Source: a candidate division WOR-3 bacterium (lineage in GTDB: Bacteria > Hydrothermota > Tepidihabitantia > Tepidihabitantales > Tepidihabitantaceae). Taken from it: 64,000 nt of DNA. The notes under the pieces are model-generated. The model was given only the letters and a program-made list of their open reading frames with translations, had not been told where the DNA came from and made no database searches. The DNA is taken from NCBI GenBank assembly GCA_965648935.1, contig CBFGIY010000001.1:56307-120306 (forward strand), given 5' to 3'. The translations under genes were made by a program, and so were the position numbers. Each line of letters starts with the position of its first letter. The stretch's first letter is position 1. This document shows positions 19,360 to 29,389 of this stretch, one piece after another.

Positions 19360-20408
19360 AGGTCGGGCTTGTCGGCCTGCCCAACGCGGGCAAGTCCTCG
19401 CTCTTCAACCTGCTCACCGCGGGCAACGCCCGGGTCGACCTCTACCCCTTCACGACCGTCGAGAAGAACGTCGGCGTCACGCTTGTGCCCGACGAGCGGC
19501 TCGAGGCCATCGGCCGCGTCCTGCGACCCGAGCGGCTCACCCCGGCGCACGTCGAGTTCGTCGACATCGCCGGGCTGGTCAAGGGCGCGAGCCGGGGCGA
19601 GGGTCTGGGCAACAAGTTCCTCGGCCACATCCGCGAAGCCGACCTCGTCCTCCACGTCGTGCGCAACTTCGCCTCGGGCGACATCCCGCACGTCCTCGAC
19701 ACCGTGGACCCGGACCGCGACGCCGCGATAGTCGAGGCCGAGCTGGCAATCGCCGACCTCGCGATAGTCGAGCGCCGGCTCGAACACGTCCGCAAGGAAC
19801 CCAGGACCCCGGACAACGCGCCCCTGCTCGCCGCGCTTGAGAAGCTCCACGCCGCGCTCGCGGCAGGCGCGCCTGCGCCGGAGCTGCACCTCGACGAGAA
19901 GACCGCGGTGCGCGACCTCGGCCTGATCACCACGCGGCCGGTCGTCTACGCGGTCAACTGCTCGGACACCGAGCCGGCCGACCCGGCCCGTTTTCCCCGC
20001 CTCGCCGCGCTGACCAACCTGCTCTTCTCGGCGGCGCTCGAGGCGGGACTCGCCGAGTTCAGCCCGGCCGAGCGCGTCGAGCTGAGAACCGGCCTCGGGC
20101 TTCACCCCGACGGCCCGGCCGGCATTGTCGAGACCTGCTTCCGTGCCCTCGACCTCATCCGCTTCTACACGGTGAAGGGGAACGAATCGCGCGCCTGGGC
20201 CGCGCCCCGCGGCATCACCGCGCACGAGGCCGCCAGCCTCATTCACACCGACATCGGCGCCGGCTTCATACGCGCCGAGGTCGTCAACCACGCCGACCTC
20301 GTGGCCGCGGGCGACTTCGCGCGCGCGCGCGACGCAGGCCACGTCAAGGTCGAAGGCAAGGGCTACACGGTGCAGGACGGAGATGTCCTGCTGGTGAAGT
20401 TCCGATGA
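19356..20408 (+). CDS. ychF: Redox-regulated ATPase YchF
   Basis: GLPNAGKS, DIAGLVKGAS.GEGLGNKFL, IHTD, VQDGD motifs. Confidence 0.96.
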   Translation: MKVGLVGLPNAGKSSLFNLLTAGNARVDLYPFTTVEKNVGVTLVPDERLEAIGRVLRPERLTPAHVEFVDIAGLVKGASRGEGLGNKFLGHIREADLVLHVVRNFASGDIPHVLDTVDPDRDAAIVEAELAIADLAIVERRLEHVRKEPRTPDNAPLLAALEKLHAALAAGAPAPELHLDEKTAVRDLGLITTRPVVYAVNCSDTEPADPARFPRLAALTNLLFSAALEAGLAEFSPAERVELRTGLGLHPDGPAGIVETCFRALDLIRFYTVKGNESRAWAAPRGITAHEAASLIHTDIGAGFIRAEVVNHADLVAAGDFARARDAGHVKVEGKGYTVQDGDVLLVKFR

Positions 20409-20469
20409 ACAACAGAACGAAGGCAAACCGAATGACAAGCCCGGTGTCGGACCGGGCTCAGGAGGCAGT

Positions 20470-20856
20470 TTGAATCACTACGAAATCGCTCTGGTCATAA
20501 ACCCCGACGTGCCCGAGAAGGAAGTCGAGAAGATCGCGCAGGAGACGCGCGACCTGCTCGCCGGGATGCAGGCCGCGGTAGCCAGCACCAAGGTAGAGCG
20601 CCGCTCGCTCGCCTACCCCATCAAGCGCTGGACCGAGGCCTACTACGTCTTCATCGAGTGCGACGCGCCCGGCTCGATGCCCCAGGCCATCCGCCACGAG
20701 CTCAGGCACCGCGAGGGCCTCATCCGGATGGGCTTCGTCAACAAGCCGCTCCAGCCCGAGATGCCCGCTCCCGAGCCGCCCGCAGTCGAGCCCGCCCCGG
20801 CGCCCGAAGCCGAGCAGTTTGAGCCTGAACCAGTGCCCGAGGCCGACAATGCCTGA
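20470..20856 (+). CDS. rpsF: 30S ribosomal protein S6
   Basis: MNHYEI..NPD and RSLAYPIK motifs; GGAGG RBS with TTG start. Confidence 0.92.
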   Translation: MNHYEIALVINPDVPEKEVEKIAQETRDLLAGMQAAVASTKVERRSLAYPIKRWTEAYYVFIECDAPGSMPQAIRHELRHREGLIRMGFVNKPLQPEMPAPEPPAVEPAPAPEAEQFEPEPVPEADNA

Positions 20857-21283
20857 ACTGCGCCTCGGCAGCCTCAACTACGTCGTCCTACTCGGCCGGG
20901 TGACGATGGACCCGGACCTGCGCTACGTGCCCAGCGGCACGGCCGTGCTCGGCTTCCGCATCGCGGTCAACCGCCGCTACAAGGACAAGTCCGGTGAGTG
21001 GAAGGACGACACGTCGTACTTCACGGTCAATATCTGGGGCCAGGCCGCCGAACGGTTGAGCGAGCAGATGAAGCGCGGCTCGGCCGTGCTCGTTGAGGGT
21101 CAGTTGCGCAGCCGCGACTGGGAGACAAAGTCCGGTGAGAAGCGCACCTCGGTCGAAATCTGGTCGACGCGCACCCAGGTGCTCGACAAGACCGGTCCGT
21201 CTTCAGAAGGCGCCCGGCCGGCGAAAGCCGAAGAGGAAGAACCGGACATACCCCGCGACCAGCTCGACGACATACCGTTCTAG
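20849..21283 (+). CDS. ssb: Single-stranded DNA-binding protein
   Basis: LNYVVLLGR, VLVEGQL, C-terminal DDIPF. Confidence 0.97.
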   Translation: MPELRLGSLNYVVLLGRVTMDPDLRYVPSGTAVLGFRIAVNRRYKDKSGEWKDDTSYFTVNIWGQAAERLSEQMKRGSAVLVEGQLRSRDWETKSGEKRTSVEIWSTRTQVLDKTGPSSEGARPAKAEEEEPDIPRDQLDDIPF

Positions 21284-21389
21284 AAAGAAGAGGAGCAAGC
21301 TCAGGGAATCCGGGCGCAACGGACACGGTCAGGCGACCAGCGCCGTGTTTGACCCTGAGTGCAGGCTTCTGACCGAACTGCCGGCGGCC

Positions 21390-21710
21390 CTACTGGCCGC
21401 AGACCGGACACTTGACCTCGAGCGATGCCGGCGGCTTGGGATGCTCATTGCGGCCCAGCCCCAGCGTACCCGAGTGCTTGTGATAAGCCTCGCAATGACA
21501 GACGAAGGTCTCGCGCGGTGACAGCCCCACGTCGTACCAGTAGTACTGGTACTCGTGGACGTGGCTCTTGATCGCGTCGCGCAAACCCTTCTCGGCCCGG
21601 TCAACGTACTCGACCTGTTCCGGGTTGTGCGCCAGGCAATAGACCCCGCCGACATTGCTCGGTATGGTCATGTCGACCCGGATCATCTCCAGACGATAAG
21701 GCCCTCTCAT
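21390..21710 (-). CDS. Small GIY-YIG-like protein with C-terminal CPVC
   Basis: GGVYCL...YVDRA..LR; C..YH...HP...CPVC; GGGAG RBS; upstream TTGACA-N16-TAGACT. Confidence 0.55.
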   Translation of the reverse strand: MRGPYRLEMIRVDMTIPSNVGGVYCLAHNPEQVEYVDRAEKGLRDAIKSHVHEYQYYWYDVGLSPRETFVCHCEAYHKHSGTLGLGRNEHPKPPASLEVKCPVCGQ

Positions 21711-21831
21711 CAGTACTCCCGCGAAAGCAAAGCGACGCACCCCCTGCAGGAGGGCCGCCGTCGATTCGAACACCGCCTCTCGAGCGCCATGATGCAACCT
21801 GGTCCAAGTCTAACCCTCCCCCCTTTGCCTG

Positions 21832-23139
21832 TCAATCAGCCGCAGGTAAGTGGACGGTGAAGACCGAGCCCTCGCCCAAGACGCTCTGCACGGTCACTTC
21901 CCCGCCGTGCAGCGCGGTGATGTGCTTGACGATGGCCAGCCCCAGCCCGGTGCCGCCGGCGCGGCGCGAGCGCGACTTGTCCGCAACGTAGAAGCGTTCG
22001 AAGACGCGGTCAAGGTGCCGCCGCTCGATGCCGATACCGGTATCGGCGACATCGACTGCCAGACGGTCGCCTTCGCGCCGCAGCCGCACCGTGACCGATC
22101 CCTTCTCAGTGTAATTGACCGCGTTGTCGACAAGATTGACAAAGACCTGCTCAAGCTTGAACCGGTCGGCCTGCACGCGGCTCGCGCTCGGCTCGATCTC
22201 CAACCTGAGTTCCAGACCCTTCTCCCGCGCCCGGGGCTCGAACAGGGCGACGACATCGCCGAGCAGCGCGTCGAGCGCGACCGGCTCGAACTCCGGCGCG
22301 CGGACGCTGTCGTCCTCGACCTCAGCCAGCAGGGCGAGGTCCTTGACCATCTGGACCAGCCGGTCAGTGTGCCGCTGGACAATCGCCAGCGGTCGGCGAT
22401 TCGCATCGCTGACGTGCTCCTCCATCGTCTCGACGAAACCCTTGATTGCGGTCAGCGGCGTGCGCAATTCGTGCGCCACGTTGCGCACGAAGTCACGCTT
22501 CATCCGTATGACCCGTTCCATCTCGGTGACGTCGTGGAATGTGACAAGCACGCTGTCCGGGCGGTCAAGCCGGGCCGCGGCGCACAGCCAGGTCCGGCCG
22601 TCCAGTTCGATCGGACGCGGCTGCGACTGCGCGAGCGTGCCGGCCGAACGAACCGCCTCGGCCAGGGCCGGGTCGCGGATTGCCTCCCAGTGAAACAGCC
22701 CGACAACCGATTCCCGTCCGCACAGCCGCAGAAATGCCTGGTTGGCCAGGGTGATCCGGCCGAAGCGGTCGGCCACGAGCACTCCGTCGCGCATCGCGGC
22801 TATGGTCGCGTCGAATGTCTCGCGCTCGGCCTCGAGCTGGCGCACCAGCTCGCCGGTGCGGAACGCCGACTCGTTGAACGCGCGCGCCAGCTCACGCAGC
22901 ACCGGGTGGCTGCCCGGCTCGAGCCGGGCAGTGAAATCGCCCTTCCCGAACCGCTCGAATGCCCGGGTGCAGTCCCTGAGCTGGTGCTCGGTCGACCGGT
23001 AGAGAAAGAAAAGCAGCAGCCCGCCCAGCACGAACCAGCCGAGAACTATCACCGCCGCGACGCGTCCCGGTGTGAAAACCAGCAGCGCGCCGGCCGCGAA
23101 CCACGCGCCGGCCAGCGCCAGAACCAGTCGGCGGTTCAC
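21832..23139 (-). CDS. phoR: Phosphate regulon sensor kinase
   Basis: HAMP and PAS domains; AHELRTPLT; FERFYVADKSRSR.AGGTGLGLAI; pst context. Confidence 0.93.
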   Translation of the reverse strand: MNRRLVLALAGAWFAAGALLVFTPGRVAAVIVLGWFVLGGLLLFFLYRSTEHQLRDCTRAFERFGKGDFTARLEPGSHPVLRELARAFNESAFRTGELVRQLEAERETFDATIAAMRDGVLVADRFGRITLANQAFLRLCGRESVVGLFHWEAIRDPALAEAVRSAGTLAQSQPRPIELDGRTWLCAAARLDRPDSVLVTFHDVTEMERVIRMKRDFVRNVAHELRTPLTAIKGFVETMEEHVSDANRRPLAIVQRHTDRLVQMVKDLALLAEVEDDSVRAPEFEPVALDALLGDVVALFEPRAREKGLELRLEIEPSASRVQADRFKLEQVFVNLVDNAVNYTEKGSVTVRLRREGDRLAVDVADTGIGIERRHLDRVFERFYVADKSRSRRAGGTGLGLAIVKHITALHGGEVTVQSVLGEGSVFTVHLPAAD

Positions 23140-23834
23140 TCGCGGTCGAGCTTGTACCCGACGCCGCGCACGTTCTTCAGCAACGCGCCGGCCCGGCCCA
23201 GCTTGCGCCGGAGATTGGTGATGTGGACATCGACCGTCCGGTCGATGACCGACTTGTCGTGCCCCCAGAGCCGGTTGAGGATTTCGTCACGCGAGTGCAC
23301 CCAGCCCGGGTGTTCGGCGAGAATGCCGAGGATGCGGAACTCGGTGGTGGTCAGGCTAACCGGCCGGCCGTCGACGGTTGCCTCGAACCGCTTGTCGTCA
23401 ATCGCCAGGCCCGGGGCGACCTCACGCGGCGCGCCCGGCCGGGGTGCCTCGCGCCGGCGCAGTACCGCCTTCACCCGGGCCTCGAGCTCGCGCGGCGAGA
23501 ACGGCTTGGTGATGTAGTCGTCGGCGCCGAGTTCAAGCCCCAGCACCTTGTCTGTCTCCCCTGCCCGGGCCGTAAGCATCACCACCGGCACATCGGCGGT
23601 ACGCGGCTCGGCGCGCAGCCGGCGGCATATCTCCATCCCGTCGGCGTCGGGCAACATCAGGTCCAGAAGCAGCAGGTCGGGCAGGTTGTCGTCAAGCCAG
23701 CGGTAGAACGGCTCGGCCTCGGCGAACTCGACCGTGCGGAACCCGGCGCGCTCTAGCGTGCCCGACACAAGTTCGAGCAGGTCGGGCTCGTCGTCGACTA
23801 TGGCGACGAGGCGGCTAGCTGTCTTGCTGGTCAA
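23136..23834 (-). CDS. phoB: Phosphate regulon response regulator (OmpR/PhoB family); start uncertain
   Basis: LGADDYITKPFS, RTVDVHI, VRGVGY motifs. Confidence 0.9.
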   Translation of the reverse strand: MTSKTASRLVAIVDDEPDLLELVSGTLERAGFRTVEFAEAEPFYRWLDDNLPDLLLLDLMLPDADGMEICRRLRAEPRTADVPVVMLTARAGETDKVLGLELGADDYITKPFSPRELEARVKAVLRRREAPRPGAPREVAPGLAIDDKRFEATVDGRPVSLTTTEFRILGILAEHPGWVHSRDEILNRLWGHDKSVIDRTVDVHITNLRRKLGRAGALLKNVRGVGYKLDRE

Positions 23835-24483
23835 AGTGGTGCTTGATGACCTCGCCGGTTGACATGTAGATGACATCCTCGGCGAGGTTGGTCGCGAGGT
23901 CGGCGATACGCTCGAGGTTGAGCGATACCATCATCAGCTTGAGCGCGCGGTCGATGGCCTTCGCGTCCGAGGTCATGTACGTCACCAGCTCGCGTTTGAT
24001 CTGATCGTTGAGCGCGTCGACTATGGAGTCGCGCGCGCAGACATCGCGCGCCAGCCGCGCGTCGGCCCGCGTGAACGCGTCGAGCGCGTCCTTGAGCATC
24101 GCCACCGCCTGCTCCGCCATGCGCGGAATGTCGACCAGTGGCTTGAGCTGGGGCACGCCGATCAGGTAGGTCGCGGCCTCGGCCACGTTCACGGCGTGGT
24201 CGCCGATGCGCTCGAGGTCGTTGTTGATCTTGATGCAGGCGGCGAGCGTGCGCAGGTTGCCCGCCTCGGGCTGGTGCAGCGCCATCAGGTTGATGATGAG
24301 GTCCTCGTTCTCGACCTCCTGCCGGTTAACGACGCTCTCCTGGACTTCGATGATGTGACGCGCGGCTTCGGCATCCCGCTCGACCAGTGCCCGGATGCTG
24401 CCCGAGACCATGTCCTCGACCGTGCCGGCCATCGCCAGCAGGCGTTCCTTCAGCTCGGCTATCTTGCCTTCGAGTACGGTCAA
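23815..24483 (-). CDS. phoU: Phosphate signaling protein PhoU
   Basis: DLERIGDHA and LERIADLATNLAEDVIY motifs. Confidence 0.97.
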   Translation of the reverse strand: MTVLEGKIAELKERLLAMAGTVEDMVSGSIRALVERDAEAARHIIEVQESVVNRQEVENEDLIINLMALHQPEAGNLRTLAACIKINNDLERIGDHAVNVAEAATYLIGVPQLKPLVDIPRMAEQAVAMLKDALDAFTRADARLARDVCARDSIVDALNDQIKRELVTYMTSDAKAIDRALKLMMVSLNLERIADLATNLAEDVIYMSTGEVIKHHFDQQDS

Positions 24484-24553
24484 CTTTGACTCCTATTCTC
24501 GGTCGCGGTCTGTCAGATTATGGCCCTTCCCGCGCGGAACGCAAGCCCCTGCG

Positions 24554-25312
24554 TCATCCGAACTTGCCCGTCAGGAAGTCCTCGGTGCGGCGATCCTTGG
24601 GCTTGGTGAAGACACCCGCGGTCGGACCGGTCTCCACCATCTCGCCCAGCATCAGAAAGGCGCAGAAGTCCGAAACGCGCGCCGCCTGCTGCATGTTGTG
24701 GGTCACGATGACGATGGTGTAGTCGCGCTTGAGCTGGATGACCAGCTCCTCGAGCTTGGCGGTCGAGTGCGGGTCCAGGGCCGAGGCCGGCTCGTCGAGC
24801 AGGATGATCTCGGGCCGCACCGCTATCGCCCGGGCGAGGCAGAGCCGCTGCTGCTGCCCGCCCGACAGGCTGAAGGCGCTGTCGTGCAGCCGGTCCTTGA
24901 CCTCGTCCCAGAGGTTGGCCGCGCGCAGCGACTCCTCGACGCGCGCCCCGATCTCGTTGCGGTTGCCTTCATGATGAATCCGCAGGCCGAAAGCCACGTT
25001 CTCGAATATCGACTTGGGAAACGGGTTGGGTTTCTGGAACACCATACCGACGCGCTTGCGCAGCTCTATCACATCGACATCGGCGAAGATGTTCTTGCCG
25101 TCGATGACGATGCGGCCCTCGATACGCACGCCGGCCACAAGGTCGTTCATCCGGTTGATGGTGCGCAGCAGCGTCGACTTGCCGCAGCCGGACGGACCCA
25201 TAATCGCGGTCACGGCATTCGGCGGTATGTCCAGACTGCAGCCCTTCAGAACGTGGTTCGTGCCGAACCACAGTGAGAGGTCCTGTACCGAAATTCTGGT
25301 CTGGTCTGGCAT
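24554..25312 (-). CDS. pstB: Phosphate ABC transporter ATPase
   Basis: [28 protein letters not shown] motifs. Confidence 0.98.
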   Translation of the reverse strand: MPDQTRISVQDLSLWFGTNHVLKGCSLDIPPNAVTAIMGPSGCGKSTLLRTINRMNDLVAGVRIEGRIVIDGKNIFADVDVIELRKRVGMVFQKPNPFPKSIFENVAFGLRIHHEGNRNEIGARVEESLRAANLWDEVKDRLHDSAFSLSGGQQQRLCLARAIAVRPEIILLDEPASALDPHSTAKLEELVIQLKRDYTIVIVTHNMQQAARVSDFCAFLMLGEMVETGPTAGVFTKPKDRRTEDFLTGKFG

Positions 25313-25327
25313 TTCTCTCCTGTTCTC

Positions 25328-26236
25328 CTACACCTGCCAGCTGTTGGTCCGGGCGATGCGCATCCGTATCGCGAAGGCGATCGCGTCAAAGAAGAGCACC
25401 GCGACGAGCAGGACGATGGCGGTGCCGAAAGCCAGGGGCCGGACCTGCATGATCTTGTCATGCTGGGTCGCCAGAGTGAAAAGGTGATAGGGCAGGGCCA
25501 TGAACTTGCTCGAAAGCGACGTCGGCAACTGCCGCGTGTAGTAGGTCACGCCGGTGAACAGTATCGGCGCGGTCTCGCCGATGGTGCGGGCCAGCGCGAG
25601 CAGCGCGCCGGTCAGTATTCCCGGGAACGCATAGGGCAACACGTTCTTGCGTATCGCCTCCCAGCGGGTCGCGCCCAGGGCCAGCGCGCCCTCACGGAAC
25701 GACGAAGGTATCGCAGTGATCGCCTCTTCCGCGGTCGTGATGATCCAGGGCAGGTTCATCAAACCGAGCGTCAGGCCCGACGCGATGATCGACATCCCCA
25801 GGCGCAGGCTCGACACGAACAGCGCGACACCGAAAAGGCCGTACACGATGGAAGGTATCCCGGCGAGGCTGCGGATCGCCGAGCGCAAGAGCCGCGTGAA
25901 CAGGTTGGCCGGCGCGTACTCGGAAAGGTATATTCCCGAGCAGACACCGACCGGTATCGAAAACGCGAGCGAAATGAACGTCACGAAAGCCGTGCCGACC
26001 ACGCAGGGCAGGATGCCGCCCGCAGTCATTCCTTCCAGCGGCGGCTTGCTCAGGAACTCCCACGACAGCACCCCGGCGCCGTTGCGGAAGAGATAGAAAA
26101 ACATGAAGGCGATGAACGCGATGAACAGGAACAGCGGCACCGCGAGCACGATGAACAGCGCGCTCGACGCGAACCGGGCGCGGCGCAGCCGGGCCTGACC
26201 CTCCGGGCTGCGGGCAGCAGGACTCGAATCGCTCAT
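25328..26236 (-). CDS. pstA: Phosphate ABC transporter permease
   Basis: LAGIPSIVYGLFG, GETAPILFT motifs. Confidence 0.96.
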   Translation of the reverse strand: MSDSSPAARSPEGQARLRRARFASSALFIVLAVPLFLFIAFIAFMFFYLFRNGAGVLSWEFLSKPPLEGMTAGGILPCVVGTAFVTFISLAFSIPVGVCSGIYLSEYAPANLFTRLLRSAIRSLAGIPSIVYGLFGVALFVSSLRLGMSIIASGLTLGLMNLPWIITTAEEAITAIPSSFREGALALGATRWEAIRKNVLPYAFPGILTGALLALARTIGETAPILFTGVTYYTRQLPTSLSSKFMALPYHLFTLATQHDKIMQVRPLAFGTAIVLLVAVLFFDAIAFAIRMRIARTNSWQV

Positions 26237-27120
26237 AGCATGAAGCTCCGTTTCTCGCGCCGGATGAGCGCTTCGGCCAGCAGGTTGGTGCCCAGGGTAA
26301 TGGCGAAAAGCACCAGACCGAGCGCGAACAGCGCGTAGTAGTGCGTCGTGAAGAACGGAGTCTCGCCCAGCTCGATGGCGATGGTCGTCGTTATGGTGCG
26401 CGTCGCGTCGAACAGCGACCTGGGCATGTGCGGCGCATTGCCCGCCACCATCAGCACCGCCATCGTCTCGCCCACGGCCCGGCCAAACCCGAGCATGCAC
26501 CCGGCAAGGATGCCCGACTTGGCCGCGGGCAGCACCACACGCGTTGCCGTGGTCCAGGGCGTTGCGCCCAGCGCCGCGGCCGCCTCGCGGTAGGAGTGGG
26601 GCACGACGCGCAACGCGTCGTCCGAAACCGATATGATGGTCGGCAGCGCCATCAAGGCAAGTAGCACCCCGGCATTGAGAATGTTCAATCCGGACGGCAC
26701 GTTGAACAGCCGAGCGATGAGCGGCGCGACCACGACCAGACCGAAGAATCCGAGGACCACCGACGGAAACCCCGCGAAGAGCTCGACCATCGTCTTGACC
26801 ATCACCCGCACCCAGCCGCGTAGCCGCTCCGAGATGAACACCGCGCTGGCGATCCCCAGCGGCACCGCAATCACAAGGGCCAGTGCCGTGGTCACCAGGC
26901 TGCCGACCAGCAGCGGCAGCAGGCCGTAGCTCGGCTCGCCGTAGGCATCCGGGTTCCAGACCGTGCCGAACAGGAACCTGGCGACGCTCGTTTCGCGAAA
27001 CGTCCGCACTCCGTAAAGCGCGAGGAACGCAAGAATGCCGAGCAGCGTCGCCGACCCGATCAGTGCGTTGACGAAGAACACCGAACGGGCGGTGCGGTCG
27101 GCAAGACGGCGGGTGTTCAT
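26233..27120 (-). CDS. pstC: Phosphate ABC transporter permease
   Basis: PSVVLGFFG, GRAVGETMAVLMVAGN motifs. Confidence 0.96.
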   Translation of the reverse strand: MNTRRLADRTARSVFFVNALIGSATLLGILAFLALYGVRTFRETSVARFLFGTVWNPDAYGEPSYGLLPLLVGSLVTTALALVIAVPLGIASAVFISERLRGWVRVMVKTMVELFAGFPSVVLGFFGLVVVAPLIARLFNVPSGLNILNAGVLLALMALPTIISVSDDALRVVPHSYREAAAALGATPWTTATRVVLPAAKSGILAGCMLGFGRAVGETMAVLMVAGNAPHMPRSLFDATRTITTTIAIELGETPFFTTHYYALFALGLVLFAITLGTNLLAEALIRREKRSFML

Positions 27121-27129
27121 TTGATTAGC

Positions 27130-27152
27130 GGCGCGGCGCCTCCCGCCGCGCC
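27130..27152 (-). terminator. Intergenic hairpin after pstS (mRNA stability or partial termination)
   Basis: GGCGCGGCG-N5-CGCCGCGCC. Confidence 0.5.
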
Positions 27153-27159
27153 CGGTTTG

Positions 27160-28017
27160 TCACTTCAGCTTCGCGTTGTTCTTCTCGACCCAGTCCCTCG
27201 TGACCGGCAGGAAGCCCTCTTCCTCGACTATCCTCTGCCCGGCCGGGCTGAGCTCGAACTCGATGAACGCCTTGACCGCGCCCTTGGGCTTGCCGTTGGT
27301 GTACTGGAACAGCGCCCGGGTCAGCGGGTAGTTGCCCGACTTCACGAGATTGTCGTCCAGCGGCGACACGTAGGTCTTGCCGTCGCGCGACAGGCTCACC
27401 GGCTTGACTCCGGTCATTTCTTTGAGGTAGCCCAGGCCGACGTAACCGACGCCGCCGAGGTCGGCCTTCACGCCCTCGATTATCTGGGCGTTGCCGTTCA
27501 TCTGGCGCATCGCCGCCGAATACTCCGCCTTCACGACCTCGTCGCGGAAGAACACGAAAGTGCCCGAGGAAGGCTGGCGCCCGTAGAGCGTTATCTTGCG
27601 GTCCGGCCCGCCGACTTCCTTCCAGTTCTTGATCGTGCCGCGGTAGATCTTGGCAAGCTGGTCCATCGTCAGCTTCTCGACGGTGTTCGAGGAATTGACG
27701 ATCACCGACAGCCCGTCGATGGCGATCGCAAACTCGGTGATGTTGACGCCGTTGGCCCGCGCCGTGCCGATTTCCTTCGACTTGATCGGGCGCGACGCGT
27801 TGGCGATGTCGGCCTCGCGGTTGGATATCGCGTTGATGCCCACGCCCGAGCCGCCGCCGGTGATGGACACCGTGGCGTCGGCCCTGGTCGCGCTGAACGC
27901 CTCGGCCAGCCGCTGGGTCAGGTTGAGCATCGTGTCTGAACCCTTGACCAGTATCTCACCGGCCAGGGCGGTGCCGGCCAGGGCGGCCAGGGCGAGCAGT
28001 GTGCCGAATCTCTTCAT
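27160..28017 (-). CDS. pstS: Phosphate ABC transporter substrate-binding protein
   Basis: KGSDTM, GGGSGVGI, DIANASR, SSGT motifs; signal peptide; AAGGAG RBS. Confidence 0.96.
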   Translation of the reverse strand: MKRFGTLLALAALAGTALAGEILVKGSDTMLNLTQRLAEAFSATRADATVSITGGGSGVGINAISNREADIANASRPIKSKEIGTARANGVNITEFAIAIDGLSVIVNSSNTVEKLTMDQLAKIYRGTIKNWKEVGGPDRKITLYGRQPSSGTFVFFRDEVVKAEYSAAMRQMNGNAQIIEGVKADLGGVGYVGLGYLKEMTGVKPVSLSRDGKTYVSPLDDNLVKSGNYPLTRALFQYTNGKPKGAVKAFIEFELSPAGQRIVEEEGFLPVTRDWVEKNNAKLK

Positions 28018-28039
28018 TTCGTCTCCTTGGTTCGGTTGC

Positions 28040-29227
28040 CTAAATCTCGGGCGGCGGCACGTGCGCGACCCACTCGAACCGGAACTGGGCCATGAACGTG
28101 TCCTTCGGGTCCACGCCTTCCTTGCGCGACATCTCGCGCGACCAGGCAAGCTGGAGCGCGGCCCCGGGCCGCCCGCCGGCGCGGCGGTAGAAGTGCCAGT
28201 TGGCCCCGGCCCCGATGCGCGAGAAGCTCGCGCCGAGATTGACCGGCATCGAATCTCCGGACTGCTCCTTGCGCTCCCAGGTCGAGAACCGGCCCCACGC
28301 TTCGAGCCTGCGCCCGAGCAGCGTCACGACCGGCATCACGTCGAACCCGCCCATCGCATAGTCCTTGGTCTTGGTCTCAAGTGTCGAGTCGATGAGGACG
28401 TTGGCCGTATCGTAGACGAGCTTGTACTGGCTGAAGGAACGGGTGTAATTGTAGCCGACATAGCTGCCCAGCACATAGACCGGGCCGACCGCAACGCGGA
28501 CCATCGGGCTGAACGCGAGACGCTTGGTGTTGGCGGTGTCGGGCATCAGCCTGAGCTTGTTGTCGCTCGAGCGCTTGCCCCCGGCGACATCGTTCTTGTA
28601 CAGCGATATGTCGCGCTCGTGGGTGAAGACCGAGCCGCCGAACTGCAGACCCGGGAACGGGGTCAGGCGCAGGTTGGCCAGCAGCTCGGGGGCCGTGCCG
28701 ACGAACTTGCCCGCCATCTTGTAGCCCTCGCCGTTGTACACGCCGAGCTGAAGCTCGCCCAGACCCGAGGGCAGGAAACCGTTGACCGTGATACCGTAGT
28801 CGGCGCTCGAACACACGCCGCGGTCGTCAATCAGGTCCTTGTCCGGGTTCAGGTAGTCCCACGAATAGATGAGCCCGAAGTAGTGCTTCTGCAGGCCCGC
28901 GGTCAGCAGGAAGTCGGGCAGGAAGGGAATGGCGAAGTCCATGTAGCCTTCCTTCAGCCGCACGGTCGAGCCCTCGGTGTACTTGTCGGACGAGAACATG
29001 TCGACCGTGAACTTGGAGTACAGCGCCGGGGTCCAGCGGTGCGCCAGCCGGATGTAGCCGCGCTCCAGCGCGAACCGGCTGACACTCGGGTCGGTGATAC
29101 TGAAGTTCGTGGACTGGTTCGTGTAGCGGAACCAGCCGTTCATCTCCAACTGAGTATGGCCCGGATCCTGGGCCAGTGCGCCTGCTGCCGCGATAGCGAG
29201 CAGCACGATTACAGCGGTCGTTTTCAC
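28040..29227 (-). CDS. Outer-membrane beta-barrel, putative phosphate-uptake porin
   Basis: Signal peptide; alternating beta pattern; GVYNGEGY; C-terminal QFRFEW; first gene of the pst operon. Confidence 0.7.
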   Translation of the reverse strand: MKTTAVIVLLAIAAAGALAQDPGHTQLEMNGWFRYTNQSTNFSITDPSVSRFALERGYIRLAHRWTPALYSKFTVDMFSSDKYTEGSTVRLKEGYMDFAIPFLPDFLLTAGLQKHYFGLIYSWDYLNPDKDLIDDRGVCSSADYGITVNGFLPSGLGELQLGVYNGEGYKMAGKFVGTAPELLANLRLTPFPGLQFGGSVFTHERDISLYKNDVAGGKRSSDNKLRLMPDTANTKRLAFSPMVRVAVGPVYVLGSYVGYNYTRSFSQYKLVYDTANVLIDSTLETKTKDYAMGGFDVMPVVTLLGRRLEAWGRFSTWERKEQSGDSMPVNLGASFSRIGAGANWHFYRRAGGRPGAALQLAWSREMSRKEGVDPKDTFMAQFRFEWVAHVPPPEI

Positions 29228-29263
29228 TCAGAGCCTCCTTTTGTGAGTTTCGAGCGCAGGGCT

Positions 29264-29318
29264 ATGCTAAGACCGCCTGTTATTGCCGGATAAGCCGAAT
29301 GCTAAGACTTTCTTAACA
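29264..29318 (-). promoter_or_regulatory. Candidate Pho box and promoter
   Basis: ATGCTAAGAC repeated at 29264 and 29299; TTA[AGT] half-sites spaced 11-12 bp; TAGCAT -10. Confidence 0.45.
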
Positions 29319-29389
29319 CTGCACCGAGCGAATCGAGGCTGTCCGGGATGCGCGATTGACAGCAGTTAGCGCGGTCAATATGATTGGCC

